From the NCBI RefSeq assembly GCF_001194135.2, contig NC_068990.1, positions 16,843,860-16,881,738 on the forward strand: DNA of 37,879 nucleotides, in the 5' to 3' direction. Source of the DNA: Octopus bimaculoides (lineage: Eukaryota). This document shows, one piece after another, positions 1 to 10,678 of the stretch. The number at the start of each line of letters is the position of its first letter. Within the stretch, counting starts at the first letter, position 1. The translations under genes were made by a program, and so were the position numbers. The notes beneath the pieces are model-generated. The model was given only the letters and a program-made list of their open reading frames with translations. It did no database searches and had not been told where the DNA came from.

Positions 1-258
1 TATATATATATATACACACACACAGACACATATATATATATGTGTGTGTGTGTATACACACATACACACACACATATATAAAGGAAAATCCAAGTCAAAC
101 CAGGAAAAACAATAAGATGTGTGTGTGTGTACATGCACATATAGATAGTGCCAGAAAGAAGGAATCTTTGAGTGATACCTATAACATATTACAACTGAAA
201 ATCAATTCTTCAAAAAGAAATAATACATAAGAACTGAAAATAAAAGACTGGTCCCTAC

Positions 259-376
259 CTCATAGAGATGTTCCACAGAGGGACCATGTTTTGCTATTGT
301 ATTGTTGTACATGTAACTCTCTCGAATCTCATCTCCTTGGCTGGAATTGTAAATTACCTGATCTGGAGTGGATTTA
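259..376 (-). CDS. Integrin alpha exon (KSTPDQVIYNSSQGDEIRESYMYNNTIAKHGPSVEHLYE, calf-2); gene continues beyond position 1
   Basis: Acceptor ctatttcag, donor GAG|gtaggg; 118 nt, phase 2 to 0; S.P.QV and GP.V.H.YE motifs. Confidence 0.94.
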
Positions 377-685
377 CTGAAATAGGAAAGAAAAATTTAT
401 TATTATATTTACATAAAATCCTTAGTCAAAAGTCTTTAATATTTATAAATATTTAACCAAATATATATAAAAAAAAATTGGTTATGCCCTGTAGTTGTTC
501 AGTTAAAGGTGATGAGTTATTTTGATAGATAAGTTTCATGAATTGGGTGTAATTAGAAGAACAATTGTTCAAGATCAGGTAAAGAATTAAGGCAGATTTT
601 GTAATGTGCTAACAATTGTACCAGCTCACCATGCTAATAACACAAAATAATATTGAAAGTATGGAAACATCATATTGTTATTTAC

Positions 686-775
686 CCAAGAATGATGATG
701 TCTGCTGCAGCCTTAACTGGAATGCTGACATTATGGAAATTATTGTGAATATCTTGGTTTTCTTCTTTATTGGAA
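686..775 (-). CDS. Integrin alpha exon (SNKEENQDIHNNFHNVSIPVKAAADIIIL-G, calf-1/calf-2 boundary)
   Basis: Acceptor ttccacag, donor GG|gtaaat; 90 nt, phase 2 to 2; SN.E....N and A.+.I.G motifs. Confidence 0.92.
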
Positions 776-950
776 CTGTGGAAGAGAAATTCATAGAAAT
801 TAATAGAGAAAGCAAAAATGAAATTGGTAAAAGGAAAATCCCAACAAAATAAACCCCTACAGCCAAAACTAAGAGGAGAAGCATACATTTTGAAGATTCG
901 TTTAGCTTCAACTCTGTTCAAAACTTGTATGTGAATATGAGTGTGTGCAA

Positions 951-987
<37 letters not shown>

Positions 988-2286
988 TGTATACAGGTGA
1001 ATGTGTGGGGGCAAATGTATGAGTGTATGTGAATGTGTGAGTGGATGTGTGTGGGTGAATGTGTGTATTTTTCTTTCTATCGTTCAACCAATCTCACCAT
1101 CATCACCATCTCACAAGTATAAATGTGTTCCTCTCACCTTACTTTATCCTCCCTCATCAACACACCCTGCTCCTAGAAGTATTGCACCCTTTCTCTTCTA
1201 TTCCTGTTCAGCTATAAGGTCTACTTTAAGCCCCTAGTCATGCAATTTGCAAGTTGATATCACTAGTATGAGTCCCATGTAAGAAGAAAGTCACCCAGTA
1301 CCACTTCCTGTAAAGCTGTAGAAACCAATCCAAAACAGATATTGGCACACAACATCGTCTTTTGACATGTTGGATCCCGTCAAACTATCCAACTCGTGTA
1401 AACATGGAAGATAGGACATTAAAAGATGATGGTGAATCATGTGGGAGAGCAGAGCCCATGACATTTTGTAAGGGTCTCTGAGAGTGACAGGAGGGAGTGA
1501 TGGAAGGAGGAAGATATTTTCAAACCAGAGACTTGACACAAATACTTACAACAGAGTGCTCAAACTAAAGATATCAAAGGTGACAGATTTGTACCTTGAA
1601 TGGAAAGAGGTGGAACAAATACCACAAGATACCCTGGTCTGATACTCTTACAGTACCACCAATTCTAAGGTGCATGCCTTAGGTATTAAGGTGTTGGATT
1701 CATGAACCTAAGATTGAGTTTTTGATTCCTGGACTGGGTAATGTGTTGTGTTCTTGAACAAAACACTTCATTTCATGTCATTCCAGTCTTCTCAGCTGGC
1801 AAAAATAAATAATTCTGCAACAGATCATTTTTCTGTCCAGGAGGGAATGTATGAGCCATGAAAACTAGCCCCTTGTGAGCCTATAGGACCCAAGAAGGAT
1901 CTCTGCCACCAATTCACTGCCTTAGATTGGTATTTCTTATTGGCCCTAAAAGGATGAAAAATAAAGTTGACTCCAGTGGGATTTGATCTCAGGATGCAGT
2001 AAGTTGGAATAAATACCAAAAGGTATTTTATCTGATGCACTAACAAATCTGCCAAGCTGTCACCTAAAATTGGTGTATGTATGTGTGTATATGTATGTAT
2101 GTTTGTGCATGTGTGTGTGTGTGTGTGTGTATGTGTTTGCCTATGACTCACACCACTTGAGAACTGGTTTTGACTTAGCAGTTGGGCAAAAGTGATCAAT
2201 AGATTAAGTATTGGACTTAAAGTAAGTGGAAGGTAAGTCAGAGGGAGAAAGATGAGGAGTGTTGGGGAGGCAGCAGAGAAGCTGTT

Positions 2287-2288
<2 letters not shown>

Positions 2289-2338
<50 letters not shown>
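2289..2338. repeat. (GA)n microsatellite (one of many (GA)n, (CA)n, (TA)n, (TAA)n tracts)
   Basis: Direct reading; others at 1-140, 930-1070, 6020-6105, 6360-6425, 27270-27570, 28440-28520 and 33135-33300. Confidence 0.95.
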
Positions 2339-2342
<4 letters not shown>

Positions 2343-2549
2343 GTGAGAGAAAAGGAGACAGAGGGTAAAGGGAGCAGCAGGCAAATGTGATGAGAGAAGT
2401 AAAGGAGAGAGAGACCCTGGAAGGTACCATTAGGTCAGTATTCAAGCTCACAAGGACCATAACCAGCCAAGCTATTCTAGTGATAGCCTTTAACAAATTA
2501 GCTTTTTGGGTAATTAAAGTAAATGAATAATTAAATACACAGTTATTAC

Positions 2550-2629
2550 CAATTCACTTGGATTTGGAAATCAAGGAATTTGTTTGATCCATTGACATGT
2601 TTTGGTGAGAATTTCATTGTTAAGGAAAC
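2550..2629 (-). CDS. Integrin alpha exon (VSLTMKFSPKHVNGSNKFLDFQIQVN-C, calf-1)
   Basis: Acceptor ttttctccag, donor TG|gtaata; 80 nt, phase 0 to 2, matches the phase-2 start of the 686-775 exon. Confidence 0.87.
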
Positions 2630-3471
2630 CTGGAGAAAAAATGGAAAAAGAATCAAAGCTTGTAAACATCATAATTTCATTAGAAGCAGTGTAAATCAGT
2701 TGATTAACTTGTTTAATTATAAATCTTTTTGTTTTTCTTTTGGTCTATGAAAAAGGTAAATGTTTGTTTCAAGTGAGAATCATCTTCAGTAGCAGTTCTC
2801 AACCATTTTTTTTACCTTTGGCCCTTTATGATTACTGTTTTACTCTGGTGGACCCTATACAACCATTTGATGCTTAAAAAGTAGTTTCAAAGAAACTTCT
2901 TTCAAAATGCTGAATGGGTGGTCAGAATCATGTTAAATTATGCAAAACATCTGAGAAAGAAACCTAGTATATTGTTTTTTTTTTGTTTTTTTTTTGCAAT
3001 AAATACATCTGAAGCAAAATTTTTTCATGGACCTTAAAATACTGCTGTGGATCCTCAATTTACTATTTTGCTTGTATTGATTCCCAGGGGAGCCCCTGAC
3101 CTACAGGAACTAATGATATTGGTAATGTCATGGAGTTATTTTGCAGCCAAGTCATTGTAAGAGGCTTGAATCAAGAAATGAGGAATTAGGATTCAGAGAC
3201 AGTTGCAAGCATGACTGCGTGGTTAAAAAGGTTTGCTTCAAACCTCATAGGGTTTCAGGTTTAGTCCTACTCTGTGAACATCTTGGGCAAGTGTCTTCTA
3301 CCATATCTCTGGGTTGACTCAAACTCTGGGAGTGGATTTGGTAGAGAGAAACTGAAAGAAGCCCATCCTGAAATTATTTTACTAAATTCTTTATTTTCAA
3401 AATTAGCTATAACAAAAGTAGTGTATGGCATCAAGCAAAATCTGGAATCAAAAGGAATTAAACCAACTTAC

Positions 3472-3561
3472 CTTTTGCTTTTTCTTCAAAGGATTGCCCA
3501 AATCACATACAACAACATTCACATCCCCACTATCAATGGCTTTGCAACCAACTGAGATTTT
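3472..3561 (-). CDS. Integrin alpha exon (KISVGCKAIDSGDVNVVVCDLGNPLKKKQK, calf-1)
   Basis: Acceptor ttccag, donor AAG|gtaagt; 90 nt, phase 0 to 0; CDLGNP motif. Confidence 0.96.
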
Positions 3562-4145
3562 CTGGAATGAAATAGAAAACATTTTTCTCAAATAACGAGA
3601 ACAGTAAAACTGCATCATCCCCATATAACATCCATTTTTCGTGCTGGCATGGGTTGGACAGTTTGACAAGATCTTGGCTAACCAGAGAGCTGCACCAGGT
3701 TCCAATTGTCTGTTTGGGAATGATTTTTATGGCTGGATTCACTTCCTAATGCCAACCACTTTACAAGGTGTACTGGATGCTTTTCATGTGGCACCAGCAT
3801 GGAAGCTTTTTATGTGGCACAAGTTGCACAATAATAATAATGCTTTCTCACTGAGGCACAAAGCCAGCATATTTGAGGGGAGGGAGTTAATTATTCTATC
3901 GAACCCAGTACGTGACTGGTACTTATTTTATTGACTCTGAAAAGATGAAAGGCAAAGTTGACCTCAGTAGCATTTGAACTCAGAATGTGCAGACAGACTA
4001 AAATTCCACTAAACCTTTTGTCCAGAGTGTAACTATTTCAGCCAGCTCACCACCTTAAATTAGATATGGAATTATGGAATGCATTAGGTAGTGAGTTTGC
4101 TCTTTAAACTTTGATTAAAGTGGCTAAAGCTTAAAAAGAACTCAC

Positions 4146-4293
4146 AGCTTTCACATCTTGTATTTTCACATAAGTGACATCTGGTGGCAGAGTCACAAAC
4201 AACTGGGTTTCGAATGCATCCTCTTTATGATTTTCAACTTTAATCTGTATTTCCAAATTTTTGCGATTACCAATAATTTGCTGCGATGATGTT
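4146..4293 (-). CDS. Integrin alpha exon (TSSQQIIGNRKNLEIQIKVENHKEDAFETQLFVTLPPDVTYVKIQDVKA, calf-1)
   Basis: Acceptor ttttacag, donor GCT|gtgagt; 148 nt, phase 2 to 0; V.N.xEDAFE motif. Confidence 0.95.
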
Positions 4294-4961
4294 CTGTAAA
4301 ATATAAATAGAAAAATATTAAATTATAGCATGAGGATGATGACAATAATGATGATGATGATGGTAACATGACTTTGTAGAGAGCCATAGTAACTCACATT
4401 ATTCCATACTTCTATAGCATTTTGGGTTTTTATTATATATGTACATAGTTCACCTGAAACAGCTGTCAAGAAAAGACTATTACATAACTCCTTTCACTCG
4501 TTTTTATTTCTTATTTTAGCATTTTTTAATACTCAGCAGCATGTTGTGTCCTTGAGCAAGATACTATATTTCATACTGTTCCAGTCCACTCAATTAACAA
4601 TAATGAGTGGTACCTGTAATTCAAAGGGCCCAACCTTGTCAGTTCTGTGTCATACTGAATCTCCCTGAGAACTATGTTAAGAGTATGAGTGTCTGTGGAA
4701 TACTTGGCCACTTGCATGTTGATTTCACAAGCAGGCTGTTCTGTTGATTGGGATTAACAGGAACCCTTGTCATTCTAAGGAATGGAGTGCCAGTCCTTTA
4801 CTATATAGATCTCACTGTAGGGTAGTGCCTGAGGGGATTTGGCTTTGCACACAAATATACTGAGTGATGGAGGTGTAGAAGGGAACAGAACTAAGTTATT
4901 CCAAAAATCGTTAAGCAGCTAGAATTGCTTTCATTTTGTGAACAAATCAACCCCTGTATTT

Positions 4962-5256
4962 ACTTTTTAAGCCTGGTGCTTCTTCTATCAGTCACTTTTA
5001 CCAAATCATTAACTTATGGGATGTAAACAAACCGACACCAGTTAAGTAGTGCTGGTGGAACAAACACACACACACATAATGGGCTTCTTTCAGTTTTCAT
5101 CTACCAAATCCACTCATATAAAGGCTTTGGTCAGCCAGAGGCTATAGTAGAAGACACTTGCTCAAAGCATCATGCAGTGGGACTGAACCTGGAACCATGT
5201 GGCTGGCAAGCAAACTTCTTACTAAGTAGTCATGCATATATATAATAAATAAAAAA
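4962..5256 (-). mobile_element. Composite SINE copy (reverse)
   Basis: Reverse complement of head (5081-5256) and tail (4962-5070) separated by (CA)n. Confidence 0.75.
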
Positions 5257-5270
5257 AATTTGAAAATGTA

Positions 5271-5510
5271 TTAACCCTTTTGACAGCAGTTTGCACGAAA
5301 CCATTCTAGGTTCTGTGATACAAACTTCCTGTTTTAAATTTTGATGGAAGGTTTTAATATAACTAAAACCTTCCACCAAAACTTTTATGTTAATTTATGT
5401 TCCAAATACCAGTTTAAAAATGACAGATTATTTTATGAAATTCTTCATTTTCAAAATTAATTGATACAAGGACAGTTTATTTCAACAGAAATATGGTAAC
5501 AAAACGTTAA
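5271..5510. mobile_element. TTAA-flanked MITE, second subfamily
   Basis: Starts ttaacccttt, ends aaaacgttaa; the internal sequence recurs at about 5560-5740, 20755-20982, 27963-28140, 34240-34560 and 35580-35720. Confidence 0.7.
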
Positions 5511-5748
5511 GCAGACCTATGTTCAATAGCATTCCAGTCATTCTTTTAAATCTAGTAAGAGTAAAGTGTGAGTTAAAGAGATCAAAATTAAAATCTTCCA
5601 TCAAACTTTCATATCAGTTCTTGTTCCAAACACGAACTTAATAATGACAAATGTTATTTTACTAAATTCTTCATTACTTTTAAAATTAATTGAAAAAAAA
5701 GCAGTGTGTGTCAACAAAAATATGGTATCAAAATGGTAAAAGTCATAC

Positions 5749-5816
5749 CTGGGAACATATAAAACAAGATCAGGTATACAAATATTATCTGGGCCACAAT
5801 CTTTCTGAATTTGGAT
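5749..5816 (-). CDS. Integrin alpha exon (IQIQKDCGPDNICIPDLVLYVP-R, genu)
   Basis: Acceptor ttcacag, donor AG|gtatga; 68 nt, phase 0 to 2; CGxDNxCxPDL genu motif. Confidence 0.96.
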
Positions 5817-6369
5817 CTGTGAAAGAACAAAACATCAAATTGTGATCAGAAGGAAAATTTTACTTGTTAACATTATTGTTGTGATTATTATTATTAAAAG
5901 TTGCTATTTTTTTGTAGATGTTTGTATTGGTTGATTAAACCCTAATGGTTTTTAACCCTGCCAATGATTGCATAGTTACCAATCAGGTGAAGGGGTTTTC
6001 TTTTGGATAGGGTTTAAAATGCTTCTGTGTGTGTGCGTGCATGTGTGTGTGTGCGTGCATGTGTGTGTGCGTGTGTGTGCATGTGTGCGTGCGTGCGCAC
6101 GCAGTATAATCCCAGGTCTGCTGGATCAGATCGACTCTTCGACTAGACAATGGCAGCCTTCTAAGTTCTTTTAGGGGTGGAGAACACAATTACATCATTG
6201 CTATAATTATTATTTCTACATTATGCACAAGTTCTGAAATTTTGTGGAGAGGAGCTAAGCAATTACACTGGACCCCACCCTGACCTCAATTGGTACTTGT
6301 TTTAGCAACCCCAAAAGGCTGAAAGGTGAAGTTGACCATGGTAGAATCATCTTTGGCATAATGATGATG

Positions 6370-6408
<39 letters not shown>

Positions 6409-6473
6409 GTAGTAGTAGTAGTAGTAAAACTAGTGTGAAAAAAAATGTTAAGATTTATGGAAGCTGGCCTTAC

Positions 6474-6605
6474 TGTTGAGATTTTAGTCTCTGATGTGTA
6501 TTTATTCAAGATTGGGGTAAGTTCTCGCTTTTTCCGTCTTTGACTCTCAACAATCTTATATTCCAAGCTCACACCAACTGGAGTCAATTTGTCTCGTATA
6601 TTTTC
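6474..6605 (-). CDS. Integrin alpha exon (ENIRDKLTPVGVSLEYKIVESQRRKKRELTPILNKYTSETKIST, thigh)
   Basis: Acceptor cttttaag, donor ACA|gtaagg; 132 nt, phase 0 to 0; RDKLTP and L.PIL motifs. Confidence 0.95.
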
Positions 6606-6642
6606 CTTAAAAGACAAACAAAAATAAAGAAACCTGTTATAT

Positions 6643-7164
6643 NNNNNNNNNNNNNNNNNNNNNNNNNNNNNNNNNNNNNNNNNNNNNNNNNNNNNNNNNN
6701 NNNNNNNNNNNNNNNNNNNNNNNNNNNNNNNNNNNNNNNNNNNNNNNNNNNNNNNNNNNNNNNNNNNNNNNNNNNNNNNNNNNNNNNNNNNNNNNNNNNN
6801 NNNNNNNNNNNNNNNNNNNNNNNNNNNNNNNNNNNNNNNNNNNNNNNNNNNNNNNNNNNNNNNNNNNNNNNNNNNNNNNNNNNNNNNNNNNNNNNNNNNN
6901 NNNNNNNNNNNNNNNNNNNNNNNNNNNNNNNNNNNNNNNNNNNNNNNNNNNNNNNNNNNNNNNNNNNNNNNNNNNNNNNNNNNNNNNNNNNNNNNNNNNN
7001 NNNNNNNNNNNNNNNNNNNNNNNNNNNNNNNNNNNNNNNNNNNNNNNNNNNNNNNNNNNNNNNNNNNNNNNNNNNNNNNNNNNNNNNNNNNNNNNNNNNN
7101 NNNNNNNNNNNNNNNNNNNNNNNNNNNNNNNNNNNNNNNNNNNNNNNNNNNNNNNNNNNNNNNN
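6643..7164. other. Assembly gap (522 N); other gaps at 15165-15174, 21761-21998, 27341-27515, 31187-31717, 33209-33253, 37238-37370
   Basis: Runs of N in the sequence. Confidence 1.
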
Positions 7165-7536
7165 GTGGATGTTACTGTTGCTTTAGCCCCAGGAGGACAT
7201 CTCCTCCAGCTGGCTTATCGACACACTACTGTGTCCTGTTTGTTTTGCCAAGGGAAGTTATCCCTCTCATCGTGATCTGTAGCACGAACGGACCCGGGTT
7301 TCAGGGTTATTTCCCTTCGTCAGCGTCCGATAGCTACCGACCTTCGATGAGAGATATAAATTCTTGGCAACCTTATGTATATTTTTCCAGTGAAATTCTT
7401 CACTGATATCGAAAAAGTGAAAACAAGCAATGTTAATTCTCTAAATGAAGTATTAACAGTAACTGCACGATAAAGTGAAGTGTATTGCCACTTAAGTGTG
7501 GCTGACCCTTAGGGGTGGATGTTACTGTTGCTTTAG
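7165..7536 (-). mobile_element. 350-bp HHR-containing unit with a 22-bp direct repeat (retrozyme or Penelope pLTR-like)
   Basis: gtggatgttactgttgctttag occurs at 7165-7186 and 7515-7536; the unit contains HHR-1, is CpG-rich relative to its flanks and abuts the gap 6643-7164. Confidence 0.65.
7285..7329 (-). ncRNA. Type I hammerhead ribozyme motif (HHR-1), sense to the integrin pre-mRNA
   Basis: Minus strand reads CGGACG-CTGACGA-AGGG AAATAA CCCT-GAAA-CCCGGGT-C-CGTTCG: intact CUGANGA/GAAA core, 4-bp stem II, palindromic stem III ACCCGGGT, GUC cleavage triplet, 6-bp stem I with further flanking helices. Confidence 0.88.
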
Positions 7537-7932
7537 GTTATGTTTAAAATCAAAATTTAGATAGAAGACTTTAATTTGTCGTATCTAAACCTTGTTTTGG
7601 GTATGTTACTGGTGTGCCTTGGGAGCATGTTCACCACATATGGCTACCAAGCATCATCCACGGTACTGCACTTTAGTCACAGGATCTACATAAGGAATTC
7701 CTCAGTGCATGTTTAGTATATATTAAATAATTGATGGGGAAGACAAAGTACTGTAAGTTTTATTTAGGCACAGGAGTGGCTGTGTGGTAAGTAGTTTGCT
7801 CACCAACCATATGGTTCCGGGTTGTATGTTGTCCATAATTAAAAAAAAAATTCATAGTCAGTGTAAGTAATAGAGTGACCATACTGAATATACTGTGAAC
7901 CCAGCCATGCAGATCTTAAGTAAATGAAATAC

Positions 7933-8081
7933 CTTGAGATAAGCCTGGTGTCGGACAGATTTGGCTTCACCTTTTACTAAAGTGAATGTTTGAGTCTTTG
8001 AGATCTCATTGCCAGCTTCCATGTAAAAAACTCTGTGAGTTTTGTTATTCAAGGCATCTAAGGTCCATTTTACTTCCAAAC
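7933..8081 (-). CDS. Integrin alpha exon (LEVKWTLDALNNKTHRVFYMEAGNEISKTQTFTLVKGEAKSVRHQAYLK, thigh)
   Basis: Acceptor ttttcaaag, donor AAG|gtattt; 149 nt, phase 1 to 0; LD..K..R.F and AYL thigh motifs. Confidence 0.92.
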
Positions 8082-9685
8082 CTTTGAAAAAAAAATCAAA
8101 CAAGTAAGGAAAATGTAAATATATATAAATATACATAAATATAAATAAAAATGCAGTTGTTGTTCTTCTCTTTTTTGTTTGTTTATTAGTATTTTACATA
8201 ATTTTTCTCATCGTTACAGGAATTAAATGTATGGTGAAGGGTATTTTTTTTTAAAGTAATTATTTTTCCAGCTGTCTGCTCTTTTAACTTTTGGCTTGTC
8301 ATATTCATTCGCTTCTTTCATTTTTCCCCATTTATTTTAATTTTATCCAATCTTATTTGAATTAACTCAAAAAATATTTTTATTGTAGTGTTTTATAGTT
8401 GATTTTTTTTATTGTAGCTCTATTCGTCTGCTACAACTGTTGCTTATTGGTTTTTGAAATTTGAAGAAATTTTTATCTTTTTTTCAGGTATAAACCAATG
8501 AAAAGCCAATTGGAAAAAAAATGAATGAATTTATCTAACAACCCAGTACAAACTACGTTTCTTCATCTTGATCCCTCAACTATCAATGGAGTCATAGGGG
8601 GTGGTGTCATGAAACACTGTACATCAGTCCCCATCTAATGCAGTTGTGTGTTAAAGATTTTGCTAGCCTTTGTTAGATGGGTCTTATTGTATCCTGATAT
8701 GGTCATCAACAGCAAGACTAAAGACTTCTTTTTCTTCTGTATGAATGTCTTTCTCTTCATAGTTACTGCTCTCCTTGACTGGCTGCCTGCATATTGGCTT
8801 GCAGAGGTCATATCTTGCATTTATTCCTTTCATTTTTGGTATGGACTTGTCTACCTTAGGATACTGGATACTTCCAGAAATAACCGACAAGTGTATTGTT
8901 AGTTCACAATACTGAGTATGAAATTATCTCATGAGCTATATATACAATAGACTATAATTTCTATCCAGGAAGAGAAACAACATGGCACAAATAGTCATCA
9001 TGATGAAAACTACTATAATTTCTCAGACACCAGGGAAAACAGGTACCAAATTCCACTGGGGGAAATGGTGAAAGATCTTGCCTACCATTTTTTATGGCAT
9101 ACAGGTTGATGTAGTACATAATGTAAACATTTAATGTGAACACTCAAACATTGTCACAATCTTTATAAGTCCTGCTGTGTTTCACATGGAATTTTTGATC
9201 CTCCAAATTCATCTTGGAGAATAATAGGCTGATCTGTTGCCTTTTTGTATGCTGGAAAATACAGTACATTAGATTTAATGAACAGAAACTCTTGGTTCTG
9301 TAATTCAAATTGACACTGGCCCAAAACACTTCAGCATTGAACACAACTACAATTACAGCCATTTGTTAATGAATTATAGGAAATCAATGAGTAATAATTA
9401 AAACACATCATAATTATGTTATTTACTACATGCATTAAGCATTTAGATCAGTGGTTCTCAATTGAGGTCCATATCACCCTTAGGGTTCCATATAAAAGTT
9501 CATTGTTAAAGTTTCAGAGCAAAGGATTTTTATATTTGTATCAAACACAAAGTATTTCAACAATTTTTTTTATCCAATTCCTAATAATATTTAATTATAA
9601 AAATATAACAGGATTTTTTTTTTAACATTGGGGGTCCAGTAGAGTAAAATAGGAATCAAAATTTAGAACAAAAATTAAAACTTAC

Positions 9686-9741
9686 GCAGCTTAGGTGGTA
9701 AATTTATTCCATCATAACGCAATTCTGTATGTATTTGCATA
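9686..9741 (-). CDS. Integrin alpha exon (C-MQIHTELRYDGINLPPKL-R)
   Basis: Acceptor catttctag, donor C|gtaagt; 56 nt, phase 2 to 1, exactly the phases needed to bridge its neighbours. Confidence 0.88.
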
Positions 9742-10678
9742 CTAGAAATGAAAGAGGAAAGAATTATATTTAAAATTGTTAAAGACTGGAGAATAAAAAA
9801 ACTCTTTACATAAAATGTATATTCCATGCAAGGTTTCTATAAAATATCTTTATGTCATTTGCAAACAACTTGCAGATACAAGTGCTAACAGTTGAAAGCA
9901 TCACATACTGGACACTAGCAGACTTTTGGGGTCATCAGGCTAGAATGTGCACCATTTTGAGACCTTCCTCTTGGTGGAATTATTGCATACTGGACCTTTC
10001 ACTGAGACGAGGCCCTACTTGATAGATCAGCTGGTTACTAAGCTTCACTCAGTAAAATTCTTGCCATTGCTCATAATCTCACTTTAACCAAATCCAGTAG
10101 CTTGCTTCCTCCACTGTAGCTTGGACATTACTCATGGTGGTCTTTATGTTGAGTTAGGCTTTGTGACAGCAACCATTGCCTCATATCACTTCCAAGGAAT
10201 CCTCTGCATTCAACTTCAATTGGATAATGTTCCACTTTTCAATAAAACCTTTGCTATTGTTTGTGAATGAAACAATCCCTTGGTAGCTCATACCATACTA
10301 TCACGAATTGGTTTAGGTCCCTATATAGTCATGAAGTAACTCAAACATCTGCTTCACTCTCTGACCTTTGACCCCGCAAATCACCAAGGATGCATCCTGT
10401 TCCAGTACTTGGCTGCTAATCATTTTCATGTGAGTGGAGTGAAGCAACATGAAATGAAGTGCCATGCTCAAGGACACAATACACTGCCAAGTCCAAGAAT
10501 TGAATCTTAGACACATTAATCACTAAGCCACACATACACATACACACACACACACACACCTTCATACAATTTCATATACCCATGTCTATATACATTATAT
10601 TGTACACACACAAGATTTGATTCTTATCTGTCACAAAATGCTTGAAGCCTTGAAGTGTCATCTCAAAGACCACTGATC

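Noticed and set aside
4456-4467. GAAACAGCTGTC, a palindromic stem III-like motif
   Set aside because: No CTGANGA or stem II upstream; half a motif only.
7165-7536. CRISPR-like or LTR interpretation of the 22-bp direct repeat
   Set aside because: Only two copies 350 bp apart in eukaryotic intron DNA, no TG...CA ends or primer-binding site; a tandem unit boundary fits better.
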